A stretch of DNA of 64,000 nt, taken from the NCBI GenBank assembly GCA_015060165.1, contig SUZC01000006.1:49744-113743 (forward strand). The letters run 5' to 3'. Both the position numbers and the translations under genes were made by a program. Shown in pieces: positions 56,470 through 64,000 of the stretch. Each line of letters begins with the position of its first letter. The stretch's first letter is position 1. The DNA comes from Rikenellaceae bacterium (GTDB lineage Bacteria > Bacteroidota > Bacteroidia > Bacteroidales > Rikenellaceae). The notes under the pieces were generated by a model. It saw nothing but the letters and a program-made list of their open reading frames with translations. It had not been told where the DNA came from and searched no databases.

Positions 56470-56730
56470 GTTTACGAAAGTGGGACATATCAAAGAGGTA
56501 GGGGGGTCAAAAGTTTAACGCTTTTGCCCCGCAAACCTCGCCCCCAGCACAGTAAACACACACGAAACTTTTTTCAAAAACGCCGACTTTGTATTTTGCT
56601 TACAATTTGTAAGTAATCGGCCTGCGACCTATCTTCGATATGGCAAATTATTACCATATAATAGCAGAGAAACACCTATTTTACACCTAAAAACGGGCAT
56701 AAAACAGTACAAAACGGCTATAAAACGCAC

Positions 56731-56770
56731 AAAAAAACGGGGTTTTACACAGCAAAAACCCCGTTTTATG
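56731..56770. terminator. Strong bidirectional hairpin (13-bp stem) in island right arm
   Basis: aaaacggggtttt / aaaaccccgtttt with flanking A and T runs. Confidence 0.55.
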
Positions 56771-57041
56771 TATATATTTTATGTATATAATGACGTAATT
56801 GTTGAGGTCACACCTCAAAATATCGTGGTTGCGTATAACTCTGGTAATTTTGATTTCTACCGCTCTATGTAGCTATTTACTAACCGCATCGCCCTTTCGT
56901 TGAGGGGGCGTGTTTTTTATTTTGCATACCCCCTATGATACCCGACACCCTCAATCCCTTTGTAACACTCACGCAGTTTTTTCAAAAAAGTGATTTTTAC
57001 CGAGCCGGTCGAAGTGCCCCGCCTACCTCAACATCAACGCA

Positions 57042-57518
57042 CTATTCTTTGATTTCGGCGCAGTTGCTCAACCGTCTAACAAAACTATCCACCGCCTGCA
57101 ACAAATCGCCCATACAGCGCAATAAATTAGCTCTATCGGCCTCATCTTTGGGAGTGATACGGTAACACTCACGCAGTACCGCCAATACCTCAGCGGGATT
57201 CTCGTTTGGCTCACGCTCGATACGACACCCGCTATCTATATCGTGCAATACTTGTTTATAGTCAAAATCCATCTTCTGCAACTGGGTGAGGTAGTCGATG
57301 GCCGAAAAGCGCATTAGTATCTCTGCCATATCCTCGTAATGGCTACGAACTGCACAAACGGCATAATGGGGGAGCGTTGAAGTGTCGAGGGTTGAAGAAA
57401 TAGATTTTTTAGCCATTGTGTTGGCATTTCCGGCCTCGATAGGAGCATTGGTTTTGTTTGAATTGGGGATAACTTCAACCGTTGAGATAAAACCGTTAGA
57501 ATTTGTTGTGTTTTTCAT
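57042..57518 (-). CDS. Hypothetical 158-aa protein adjacent to tRNA end of island
   Basis: Clean ORF, no recognisable motif; sits where an integrase would normally be. Confidence 0.45.
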   Translation of the reverse strand: MKNTTNSNGFISTVEVIPNSNKTNAPIEAGNANTMAKKSISSTLDTSTLPHYAVCAVRSHYEDMAEILMRFSAIDYLTQLQKMDFDYKQVLHDIDSGCRIEREPNENPAEVLAVLRECYRITPKDEADRANLLRCMGDLLQAVDSFVRRLSNCAEIKE

Positions 57519-57631
57519 TGTAACAATATTTTTGGGGTTAATAACTGCGAAATATCAGTGTTACAACGCTATAAAAAAATCGACTACCCGCAAATCGAAA
57601 AAGAGTTTTGTTTGCACATTGTTTGTACATT

Positions 57632-57676
57632 AAAAAACAAATCAGCCACCTACATCGCTGTAAATGGCTGATTTTT
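57632..57676 (-). terminator. Current (island-borne) terminator of tRNA-Arg
   Basis: 10-bp stem aaatcagcca / tggctgattt followed on minus strand by TTTTTT, starts 5 nt after tRNA 3' end. Confidence 0.7.
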
Positions 57677-57679
57677 AAG

Positions 57680-57692
57680 GTGATTCCGGCGG
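57680..57692. repeat. Right copy of 13-nt direct repeat gtgattccggcgg (inside tRNA-Arg 3' end)
   Basis: Exact match to 43909..43921. Confidence 0.85.
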
Positions 57693-57754
57693 GATTCGAA
57701 CCCACGACCCACAGCTTAGAAGGCTGTTGCTCTATCCAACTGAGCTACGGAACC
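57681..57754 (-). tRNA. tRNA-Arg (anticodon TCT)
   Basis: Minus-strand GGTTCCGTAGCTCAGTTGGATAGAGCAACAGCCTTCTAAGCTGTGGGTCGTGGGTTCGAATCCCGCCGGAATCA folds as cloverleaf; anticodon loop CTTCTAA. Confidence 0.9.
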
Positions 57755-57784
57755 ATCAACAACGCCATTGCGGCATTTGCGATG

Positions 57785-57792
57785 CAAAAATA
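57785..57792 (-). promoter_or_regulatory. Bacteroides-type -7 box (TATTTTTG) for tRNA-Arg
   Basis: TAnnTTTG 31 nt upstream of tRNA 5' end on minus strand. Confidence 0.4.
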
Positions 57793-57859
57793 AATCATTT
57801 ATTTCTTTTATCCAAAATTAATCGTGATTTCACGACTAGTTTTGCATTTATCATCAAGA

Positions 57860-58462
57860 TTAGCGATGCCTCAACGCCAATTCACGCTCCATATCCTCAA
57901 TCGTACAACCCATCTGCTCCATCAGCACAAGCAGGTGATAAATCATATCTGAAGCTTCGTAGATAAATCTATCGCGATTGCCATCAACTGCCTCAACCAC
58001 ACTTTCAACGGCCTCCTCGCCCACCTTCTGGGCAATCTTCTTCACACCCTTGATGAAAAGTTTGGTAGTGTAAGAGCCCTCGGGCATATCGCGGTGGCGC
58101 TGCTGCACAACACTTTGCAGATGGCGGATAAAGCCCTCCTGCTCAGGGGTATCGAAGCAGCTGGTTGTTCCCCGGTGGCAAGTTGGGCCAATTGGGTTGG
58201 CCTTCACAAGCAATGTATCGTTATCACAATCGGCATACACCGAGACAATATTCAGATAGTGGCCACTGGTCTCGCCCTTAGTCCAAAGAGTATTTCTTGT
58301 ACGAGAAAAGAAGGTCACGCGCCCCTCAGCCATCGATTTATCGAAAGCCTCGCGATTCATATATCCGAGCATCAGCACCTTCAATGTTACGGCATCTTGC
58401 ACGATAACCGGCAACAGGCCATCGGCGCACTTATCGAGTTTAAAATCATCGAACTTTAGCAT
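57860..58462 (-). CDS. hisI: Bifunctional phosphoribosyl-AMP cyclohydrolase / phosphoribosyl-ATP diphosphatase
   Basis: HisI core [10 protein letters not shown]...CDNDTLL...GPTCH followed by HisE-like C-terminus. Confidence 0.95.
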   Translation of the reverse strand: MLKFDDFKLDKCADGLLPVIVQDAVTLKVLMLGYMNREAFDKSMAEGRVTFFSRTRNTLWTKGETSGHYLNIVSVYADCDNDTLLVKANPIGPTCHRGTTSCFDTPEQEGFIRHLQSVVQQRHRDMPEGSYTTKLFIKGVKKIAQKVGEEAVESVVEAVDGNRDRFIYEASDMIYHLLVLMEQMGCTIEDMERELALRHR

Positions 58463-59214
58463 CTTACATCTATATTTAATCGTTTCAACTCATGTTTCAA
58501 ATCGCCCACCGTAATCTCACCAAAGTGAAAGATACTTGCGGCCAATGCGGCATCGGCTCGTCCGCGTGTAAGTACATCGGCAATATCGGCCACCGAACCG
58601 GCTCCTCCGGATGCAATAATGGGGATTGTAATCTGCTCCGACAGGGCCGCAAAAGTCTCGCACGGATAGCCAGAGCGGGTTCCATCGTGGTTCATCGAGG
58701 TAAAGAGAATCTCTCCAGCTCCTCGCTGCTCAGCCTCACGCGCCCACGAAAACAACTCCTTGTCGCTTGGGCGGCTACCCCCGTGCGTTGTGGCACGCCA
58801 CACTCCATCGTCCATCTGACGCGCATCGATAGCGACCACGACAAACTGACTTCCATAACGTGCTGCAATAGAATCAATAAGCGACGGATTGGCAATAGCG
58901 GCACTATTGATTGAAATTTTGTCGGCTCCCGCATCGAGCAGACGTGAAGCATCGTCCAAAGATGAGATTCCTCCGCCCACGGTAAATGGGATATTGATTC
59001 CATCGGCAATACGTTCCACCAACTTCGTGAAGGTGTTACGCCCCTCGCGAGTAGCGCTGATATCGAGATATACCAACTCATCAGCACCACTGCGAGCATA
59101 ATATTGTCCCAGCTCCACAGCATCGCCTACATCGCGCAAATCGACAAAATTAACACCTTTAACCGTACGACCCTCCTTGACATCCAAACAAGGGATTATG
59201 CGTTTAGCAACCAT
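58456..59214 (-). CDS. hisF: Imidazole glycerol phosphate synthase cyclase subunit
   Basis: [15 protein letters not shown], classic HisF pattern. Confidence 0.95.
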   Translation of the reverse strand: MVAKRIIPCLDVKEGRTVKGVNFVDLRDVGDAVELGQYYARSGADELVYLDISATREGRNTFTKLVERIADGINIPFTVGGGISSLDDASRLLDAGADKISINSAAIANPSLIDSIAARYGSQFVVVAIDARQMDDGVWRATTHGGSRPSDKELFSWAREAEQRGAGEILFTSMNHDGTRSGYPCETFAALSEQITIPIIASGGAGSVADIADVLTRGRADAALAASIFHFGEITVGDLKHELKRLNIDVRC

Positions 59215-59924
59215 CGCTCAATATCTTTTAATGTTATACGATTTTCATATATTGCCTTACCAACTATCACTCTGCGCAGGCATAACTCGTTGAGTCGCTC
59301 AATATCGGCCATCGAACTTATACCACCCGAAACAGTAAAATCGACACCTTCGTAACGACTCTGCAAATCGGTGTAAAGGTCAAACGATGGACCTTCAAGC
59401 ATTCCATCCTTGCTAATGTCGGTACAGATTACTTGGCTGAGTCCGTATGGAAGGAAACCGTCGACCAACTGCTCAATTGTAACACCCAAATCCTCTTGCC
59501 AACCATTCACCGAGACCTTGCTATCGCGCACATCGGCACCCAGGACCATCTTTTGGCCTCCAAACACGCGTAACCACTCGGCAAAAAGTTCAGGAGTACG
59601 AGCAGCAACGCTACCCACAATAGCGTACGTTGCGCCATAATCGAATAGGGCACGAAGTGACTCCTCGCTCTTGATACCTCCACCCCACTCAATCTCAACC
59701 GATGCGCCAACTGCCATCTTTTCGAGAGTTTTAAGATTTCGTGGTGACGATGATTTTGCACCATCGAGGTCGACAACGTGGATACGTTTCACGCCACAAT
59801 CGGCATAACGTTTAGCCATATCTACGGGTGACGAATCGTAGACCTTCGTGCGAGCATAGTCACCTTGCGACAGACGCACGCAACGACCTTCTATAATGTC
59901 AATTGCAGGAATTATCTCAATCAT
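59196..59924 (-). CDS. hisA: ProFAR isomerase
   Basis: IIPAIDI..G.CVRL, VVDLDGA, SGGISS motifs. Confidence 0.95.
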   Translation of the reverse strand: MIEIIPAIDIIEGRCVRLSQGDYARTKVYDSSPVDMAKRYADCGVKRIHVVDLDGAKSSSPRNLKTLEKMAVGASVEIEWGGGIKSEESLRALFDYGATYAIVGSVAARTPELFAEWLRVFGGQKMVLGADVRDSKVSVNGWQEDLGVTIEQLVDGFLPYGLSQVICTDISKDGMLEGPSFDLYTDLQSRYEGVDFTVSGGISSMADIERLNELCLRRVIVGKAIYENRITLKDIERWLLNA

Positions 59925-60505
59925 AAATTTAAGAAATTTTCAATTATTTTCTCTCCCACATCTCCACTCTTTTCGGGATGGAACTGCGTGCCGTAAAAAT
60001 TCTCATATTTGAGTGCCGAACTAAACATCGCGCCATGCGTGGTAGTAGCAATGGTATCGGGGCACAACTCAGGATAATATGAGTGGACAAAATAGACATA
60101 CTCGCCACCGCTGATTCCCTTGAATAATTTCGATTCGAGATTGGAAATTTTGTTCCAACCCATATGCGGGACTTTCAATTCTTGTGTCGGAACAAATCGC
60201 TTAACGCGCGAATCAAAAATATTGAGGCAATCACAATCGCCCTCCTCACTATGGCGACACATAACCTGCATTCCTACGCATATACCCAAAACTGGACGGC
60301 GCAATGAGCGGATAACCTGCGTAAGATCGGCCTTACGGAGATTCTCCATAGCCTCTGCTGCATTGCCAACTCCGGGGAGCAACACTCTATCGGCCGAGCG
60401 GATAACATCGGCATCAGCAGTAACCGTAAACTCTGCACCTAATCGTTTAAGCGCATTCTCCACCGAGCGGAGATTGCCCATTTTATAATCTATAATTGCA
60501 ATCAT
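59921..60505 (-). CDS. hisH: Imidazole glycerol phosphate synthase glutaminase subunit
   Basis: IAIIDYKMGNLRSV, LPGVG, GICVGMQ, FHPEKS motifs. Confidence 0.95.
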   Translation of the reverse strand: MIAIIDYKMGNLRSVENALKRLGAEFTVTADADVIRSADRVLLPGVGNAAEAMENLRKADLTQVIRSLRRPVLGICVGMQVMCRHSEEGDCDCLNIFDSRVKRFVPTQELKVPHMGWNKISNLESKLFKGISGGEYVYFVHSYYPELCPDTIATTTHGAMFSSALKYENFYGTQFHPEKSGDVGEKIIENFLNL

Positions 60506-60520
60506 AAAAACACCCTAATT

Positions 60521-61657
60521 CTACAACACTCCCTTGCTCGATGGAAGTTGATAAGAAAAAACATCACGGCGAACAGCCATCTTCAACGCACGGGCAAAAG
60601 CTTTGAACACACCTTCGATAAGATGGTGATTATTTTCACCTCGAGCCTCGATATGCAAATTGCATCGCATCGCTACGCACATCGACTTGAAGAAATGCTT
60701 GAACATCTCGGTCGGAACATCGCCCACCATCTCGCGAGTGAACTCCACATCCCACACAAAATCGGCACGTCCACCAAAATCAATCAACACCATAGCCCGA
60801 CACTCGTCCATAGGCAATACAAAACCGTAACGGTCGATGCCTCTTTTCGAACCCAGAGCCTGATAGATGGCTTCACCCAAAGCAATTGCCACATCTTCAA
60901 CTGTGTGGTGCTCATCAACCTCTAAATCGCCCTTACATAAAGCCACAAGCGACATCCCCGAATGATGAACAATCTGATTGAGCATATGGTCAAAGAATTT
61001 CAATCTGGTATCGACCTTAGATTCGCCACCACCATCGAGATCCAATTCAATGCGAATATCGGTTTCCGATGTCTTACGGACAATCTCTGCTTTACGATCC
61101 GTCTGTCGCAAGAACTCGGCAACCTTCGCCCAGATTGGAGTAATAAGCACACAAGCCGAAGCAAAAGCTTTTCCATCCAACATCTTTTCACCAACCTCTT
61201 TAGGCTGCAACAAAATAGCCTTTGCACCGAGGTTATACGCCAACTCCACATCGGTAGCCCGATCGCCAATCACATAGCTTGAAGCCAAATCGTACTCACC
61301 CGAAAGGTATTTCCCAAACATACCCGTACCCGGCTTGCGCGTGGGAGCATTCTCCTGAGGGAAGGTTGGATCGATAAGCTGATCATCGAAAAAGACCCCT
61401 TCACCGGCCAAAGTTCGCAACATCTTGGTGTGAGCAGGCCAGAAAGTCTCTTCCGGAAAAGCCTCCGTGCCGAGTCCATCTTGATTCGATGCCATTACAA
61501 GTTCGTAATCAAGCTCAGCGATTGACTTCATTCCAGATATGGCACCGGCAACAAACTCCAGCTTCTCCAACGAATCAACCTGATAATCCTCTGGTGGCTC
61601 GACCAAAATAGTTCCGTCACGATCAACAAACAGCGCTCTTTTCTTCATATGCTTCAA
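60521..61657 (-). CDS. hisB: Bifunctional histidinol-phosphatase / imidazoleglycerol-phosphate dehydratase
   Basis: HAD motif FVDRDGT at N-terminus, IGPD motifs DEHHTVED and NHHLIE in C-terminal half; start 61657 or 61648. Confidence 0.95.
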   Translation of the reverse strand: MKHMKKRALFVDRDGTILVEPPEDYQVDSLEKLEFVAGAISGMKSIAELDYELVMASNQDGLGTEAFPEETFWPAHTKMLRTLAGEGVFFDDQLIDPTFPQENAPTRKPGTGMFGKYLSGEYDLASSYVIGDRATDVELAYNLGAKAILLQPKEVGEKMLDGKAFASACVLITPIWAKVAEFLRQTDRKAEIVRKTSETDIRIELDLDGGGESKVDTRLKFFDHMLNQIVHHSGMSLVALCKGDLEVDEHHTVEDVAIALGEAIYQALGSKRGIDRYGFVLPMDECRAMVLIDFGGRADFVWDVEFTREMVGDVPTEMFKHFFKSMCVAMRCNLHIEARGENNHHLIEGVFKAFARALKMAVRRDVFSYQLPSSKGVL

Positions 61658-62675
61658 GTGATTTTAACATTTTCAAATTCTCCTCAGGAGTACCTATTGT
61701 AATACGCAGACAACCCTCACAACCCTGTACTCTAGTGCGATTACGAACGATGATTCCATCGGCAATAAGATGGTTATACACTGCATCGGCATCATCGACC
61801 CTCACAAGCAAGAAATTGGCATCGCTCGGATAGACCTTATCCACAAATGACATATTACACAACTTCTCGGCAACCTCACTACGCTCGGTCACAATCTCAG
61901 CCACCTTATCGTCGATGGGTTCAGAGAGTAACTTCTCGACAATCTGCAACGCTGCTTGATTGATATTATAGGGGTATTTTACCTGCGACATTATCTCTAC
62001 AACACGCTTATCAGCCAAAGCCAAACCCAATCTCAGTCCTGCCATAGCCCACGCCTTCGACAAAGTCTGCAACACTACGATATTGGGATGAGTTGCAATC
62101 GCGCCCACAAGACTCTCAGCCCCAGCAAAATCGATATAAGCCTCATCAACAACAAGCATTCCCTCGAACTCTTCGGCCAAATGCAAAATACTCTCACGAG
62201 GGAATAAGTTACCCGTTGGGTTGTTCGGCGAGCAGATAAACATCAACTTTGTATGCTCGTCACACGCCGAAAGCAACTCTTCTACAGGAAGTGAAAACTC
62301 CTCGCCAAGCTGTATCTCACGCATCTGTACGTTGTTGATTGCAGCAGCGACTTTGTACATTCCATAGCTTGGAGCAATAGCAACAGCATTATCCTCGGCG
62401 GGCTCGCAAAAGAGCCTAAACATCAAATCGATGGCCTCGTCGCTACCATTGCCAAGGAATATATTTTCTGCGTTCACACCCTTCTTCTCCGACAGAATAG
62501 CCTTCAAACGCTTCTGATGCGGGTCGGGATAGCGGTTATATCCGTTTTCATAAGGACTCTCGTTAGCATCTAAAAATACGCCCAACTCTCCTTGGTACTC
62601 GTCACGAGCCGTTGAATATGGCGACAGAGCTGCAATATTTGCCCTCACGATAGACTCTATGTTTTTTTTCTTCAT
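61623..62675 (-). CDS. hisC: Histidinol-phosphate aminotransferase
   Basis: Class II aminotransferase pattern, PLP-Lys context [15 protein letters not shown]. Confidence 0.95.
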   Translation of the reverse strand: MKKKNIESIVRANIAALSPYSTARDEYQGELGVFLDANESPYENGYNRYPDPHQKRLKAILSEKKGVNAENIFLGNGSDEAIDLMFRLFCEPAEDNAVAIAPSYGMYKVAAAINNVQMREIQLGEEFSLPVEELLSACDEHTKLMFICSPNNPTGNLFPRESILHLAEEFEGMLVVDEAYIDFAGAESLVGAIATHPNIVVLQTLSKAWAMAGLRLGLALADKRVVEIMSQVKYPYNINQAALQIVEKLLSEPIDDKVAEIVTERSEVAEKLCNMSFVDKVYPSDANFLLVRVDDADAVYNHLIADGIIVRNRTRVQGCEGCLRITIGTPEENLKMLKSLEAYEEKSAVC

Positions 62676-62680
62676 AAGCG

Positions 62681-63961
62681 TTACACTTTTTCAATTCTGA
62701 CTCTTACAGCATTGGCATGAGCCTGCAAGCCCTCGGCATCGGCCATCGCAATTATGGTGGGGGCAAGTGATTTGATCCCATCTTGCGACAGCTCCTGAAT
62801 GGTCATTTTACGCATAAAACTATCGATATTAACGCCACTGCACGAATGAGCCCAACCTGAAGTTGGAAGAGTATGATTTGTTCCCGACGCATAGTCACCT
62901 GCGCTCTCAGGAGAGTAGTTTCCGATAAAAATACTTCCCGCGGCAGTGATTTCATTGGCCACACCCCACGCATCACTCATCGAGATAATAAGGTGCTCGG
63001 CCGCATACTCATTGGCAAAGGCTATCATCTGATCTCGGTTATCGAATACCACACATCGGCTATGTGCCAACGACTCTGCTACATAATCGGCTCTATCCAA
63101 TGCAGCAGCTTGTCGCTCGACGGCAGCAGATATTTGCTCGGCAAGAGCCAAACTATTACACACAACCATCGCCTGACTATCGCGACCGTGTTCGGCCTGT
63201 GAGAGCATATCCGAAGCAACAAACTCAGCATCGGCCGACTCATCGGCCATAACCATCACCTCTGATGGGCCGGCAGGCATATCAATAGAGGTATTACGAC
63301 CGCTTACAAGCTGCTTGGCCAAAGTAACATAGCGATTACCCGGACCGAAGATTTTATCCACCTTAGGGATTGACTCCGTTCCGTACGCCATAGCAGCCAC
63401 AGCCTGCGCACCACCCACTTTGAATATGCGCGACACACCGCAACGAGAGGCTGCATAAAGCACCTCCGAAGCCACCCTACCCTGCTTATTGGTTGGGGTA
63501 CAGAGTATTATCTCACGGCAACCCGCAATCTTGGCGGGCAGAGCCAGCATCAGCACCGTTGAAAACAACGGAGCTGTACCTCCAGGGATATACAAACCAA
63601 CTCTTTGAATAGCCACAGGTCGCTGAACACAGACAACTCCTCGCTGCGTTTCAACCCTCACCTCGCTCGGCATTTGAGCCTCGTGGAAAGCCGAGATATT
63701 TTTCATTGCCACCTCGATTGCCTGCTTCACTTGCTCGCTCACCTGCTCCGAAGCCCACGCTATCTCCTCAGCCGAAACCTCTAACTGCGAGAGTTGCACG
63801 CCATCAATCTGCTCAGTCAAGGCCCTGATTGCCGAATCACCTTGCTCGGCCACACGCTCGACAATAGCAGCCACACGCTCGGCAATGAGCGAGTTATCCT
63901 GCTCGGCACGTCGACACAACTCAGCCCACTGCGCAGGCTGCGGATTTTCATAGATTCTCAT
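62681..63961 (-). CDS. hisD: Histidinol dehydrogenase
   Basis: 426 aa; GPGNRYV, SQAEHG, GDYASGTNHTLPT motifs. Confidence 0.95.
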   Translation of the reverse strand: MRIYENPQPAQWAELCRRAEQDNSLIAERVAAIVERVAEQGDSAIRALTEQIDGVQLSQLEVSAEEIAWASEQVSEQVKQAIEVAMKNISAFHEAQMPSEVRVETQRGVVCVQRPVAIQRVGLYIPGGTAPLFSTVLMLALPAKIAGCREIILCTPTNKQGRVASEVLYAASRCGVSRIFKVGGAQAVAAMAYGTESIPKVDKIFGPGNRYVTLAKQLVSGRNTSIDMPAGPSEVMVMADESADAEFVASDMLSQAEHGRDSQAMVVCNSLALAEQISAAVERQAAALDRADYVAESLAHSRCVVFDNRDQMIAFANEYAAEHLIISMSDAWGVANEITAAGSIFIGNYSPESAGDYASGTNHTLPTSGWAHSCSGVNIDSFMRKMTIQELSQDGIKSLAPTIIAMADAEGLQAHANAVRVRIEKV

Positions 63962-64000
63962 AAGCCTATGGAATTATCTTATCCAACGTAAGCACCAAAA

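Larger units (their letters stand above)
43909..57692. mobile_element. tRNA-Arg-integrated genomic (defence) island, apparently integrase-less
   Basis: 13-nt direct repeats at both ends, one inside the tRNA 3' end. Much of the interior is visibly AT-rich (hand count about 35% vs about 50% GC on sample lines). Cargo is defence/TA genes plus a primase (PriCT-2) remnant. Confidence 0.65.

Noticed and set aside
57042-57518. Gene next to the tRNA end of the island, considered as the missing integrase
   Set aside because: It is only 158 aa and shows no R..HxxR..Y tyrosine-recombinase or serine-recombinase motifs.

Overview
The window looks like a Bacteroidales chromosome segment. Most genes are preceded by a Bacteroides-type TAnnTTTG -7 box, several proteins carry lipoprotein signal peptides, and many products match Bacteroidetes-specific DUF families. 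All family assignments were made by eye from motifs; no search was run. Most of the window is housekeeping: metH (cut by the window edge), pfkA, lpxH-thyA-folA, an initiator tRNA-fMet, a TolC/RND/MFP efflux operon, three stand-alone glycoside hydrolases (GH127-like, GH92, GH28) and hisD-C-B-H-A-F-IE. Two regions stand out.

1. **Integrated island, 43.9-57.7 kb.** This roughly 13.8 kb AT-rich segment sits in the 3' end of tRNA-Arg(TCT) and is bounded by an exact 13-nt direct repeat. The apparent ancestral tRNA terminator is stranded at the far end, and no integrase is visible. The island is a same-strand defence array. It carries an AbiC-like 2-TM protein, a DUF4143-type ATPase/PD-(D/E)xK protein with a 132-aa orphan, and a complete Gabija pair (gajA/gajB). 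It also holds an AbiEii-type toxin-antitoxin pair, a terminator-bracketed cassette of two metallophosphoesterases, and a repeat- and hairpin-rich 0.8 kb non-coding stretch. The unassigned modules next to Gabija are the best candidates for an undescribed system.

2. **Hdr-like redox cluster, 21.3-26.2 kb.** Five genes encode HdrC-like, HdrB-like, short HdrA-like and ferredoxin proteins, plus a fusion of a membrane cytochrome-b-like domain to an HdrD/DsrK-like domain. The substrate is unknown.

Smaller oddities are a sigma-54 activator with a degenerate receiver domain and no HTH, a cysteine-free TlpA-like lipoprotein, a PadR/PspC envelope cluster with a triplicated C-terminal module, and an inverted fragment of the tRNA-fMet 3' end.
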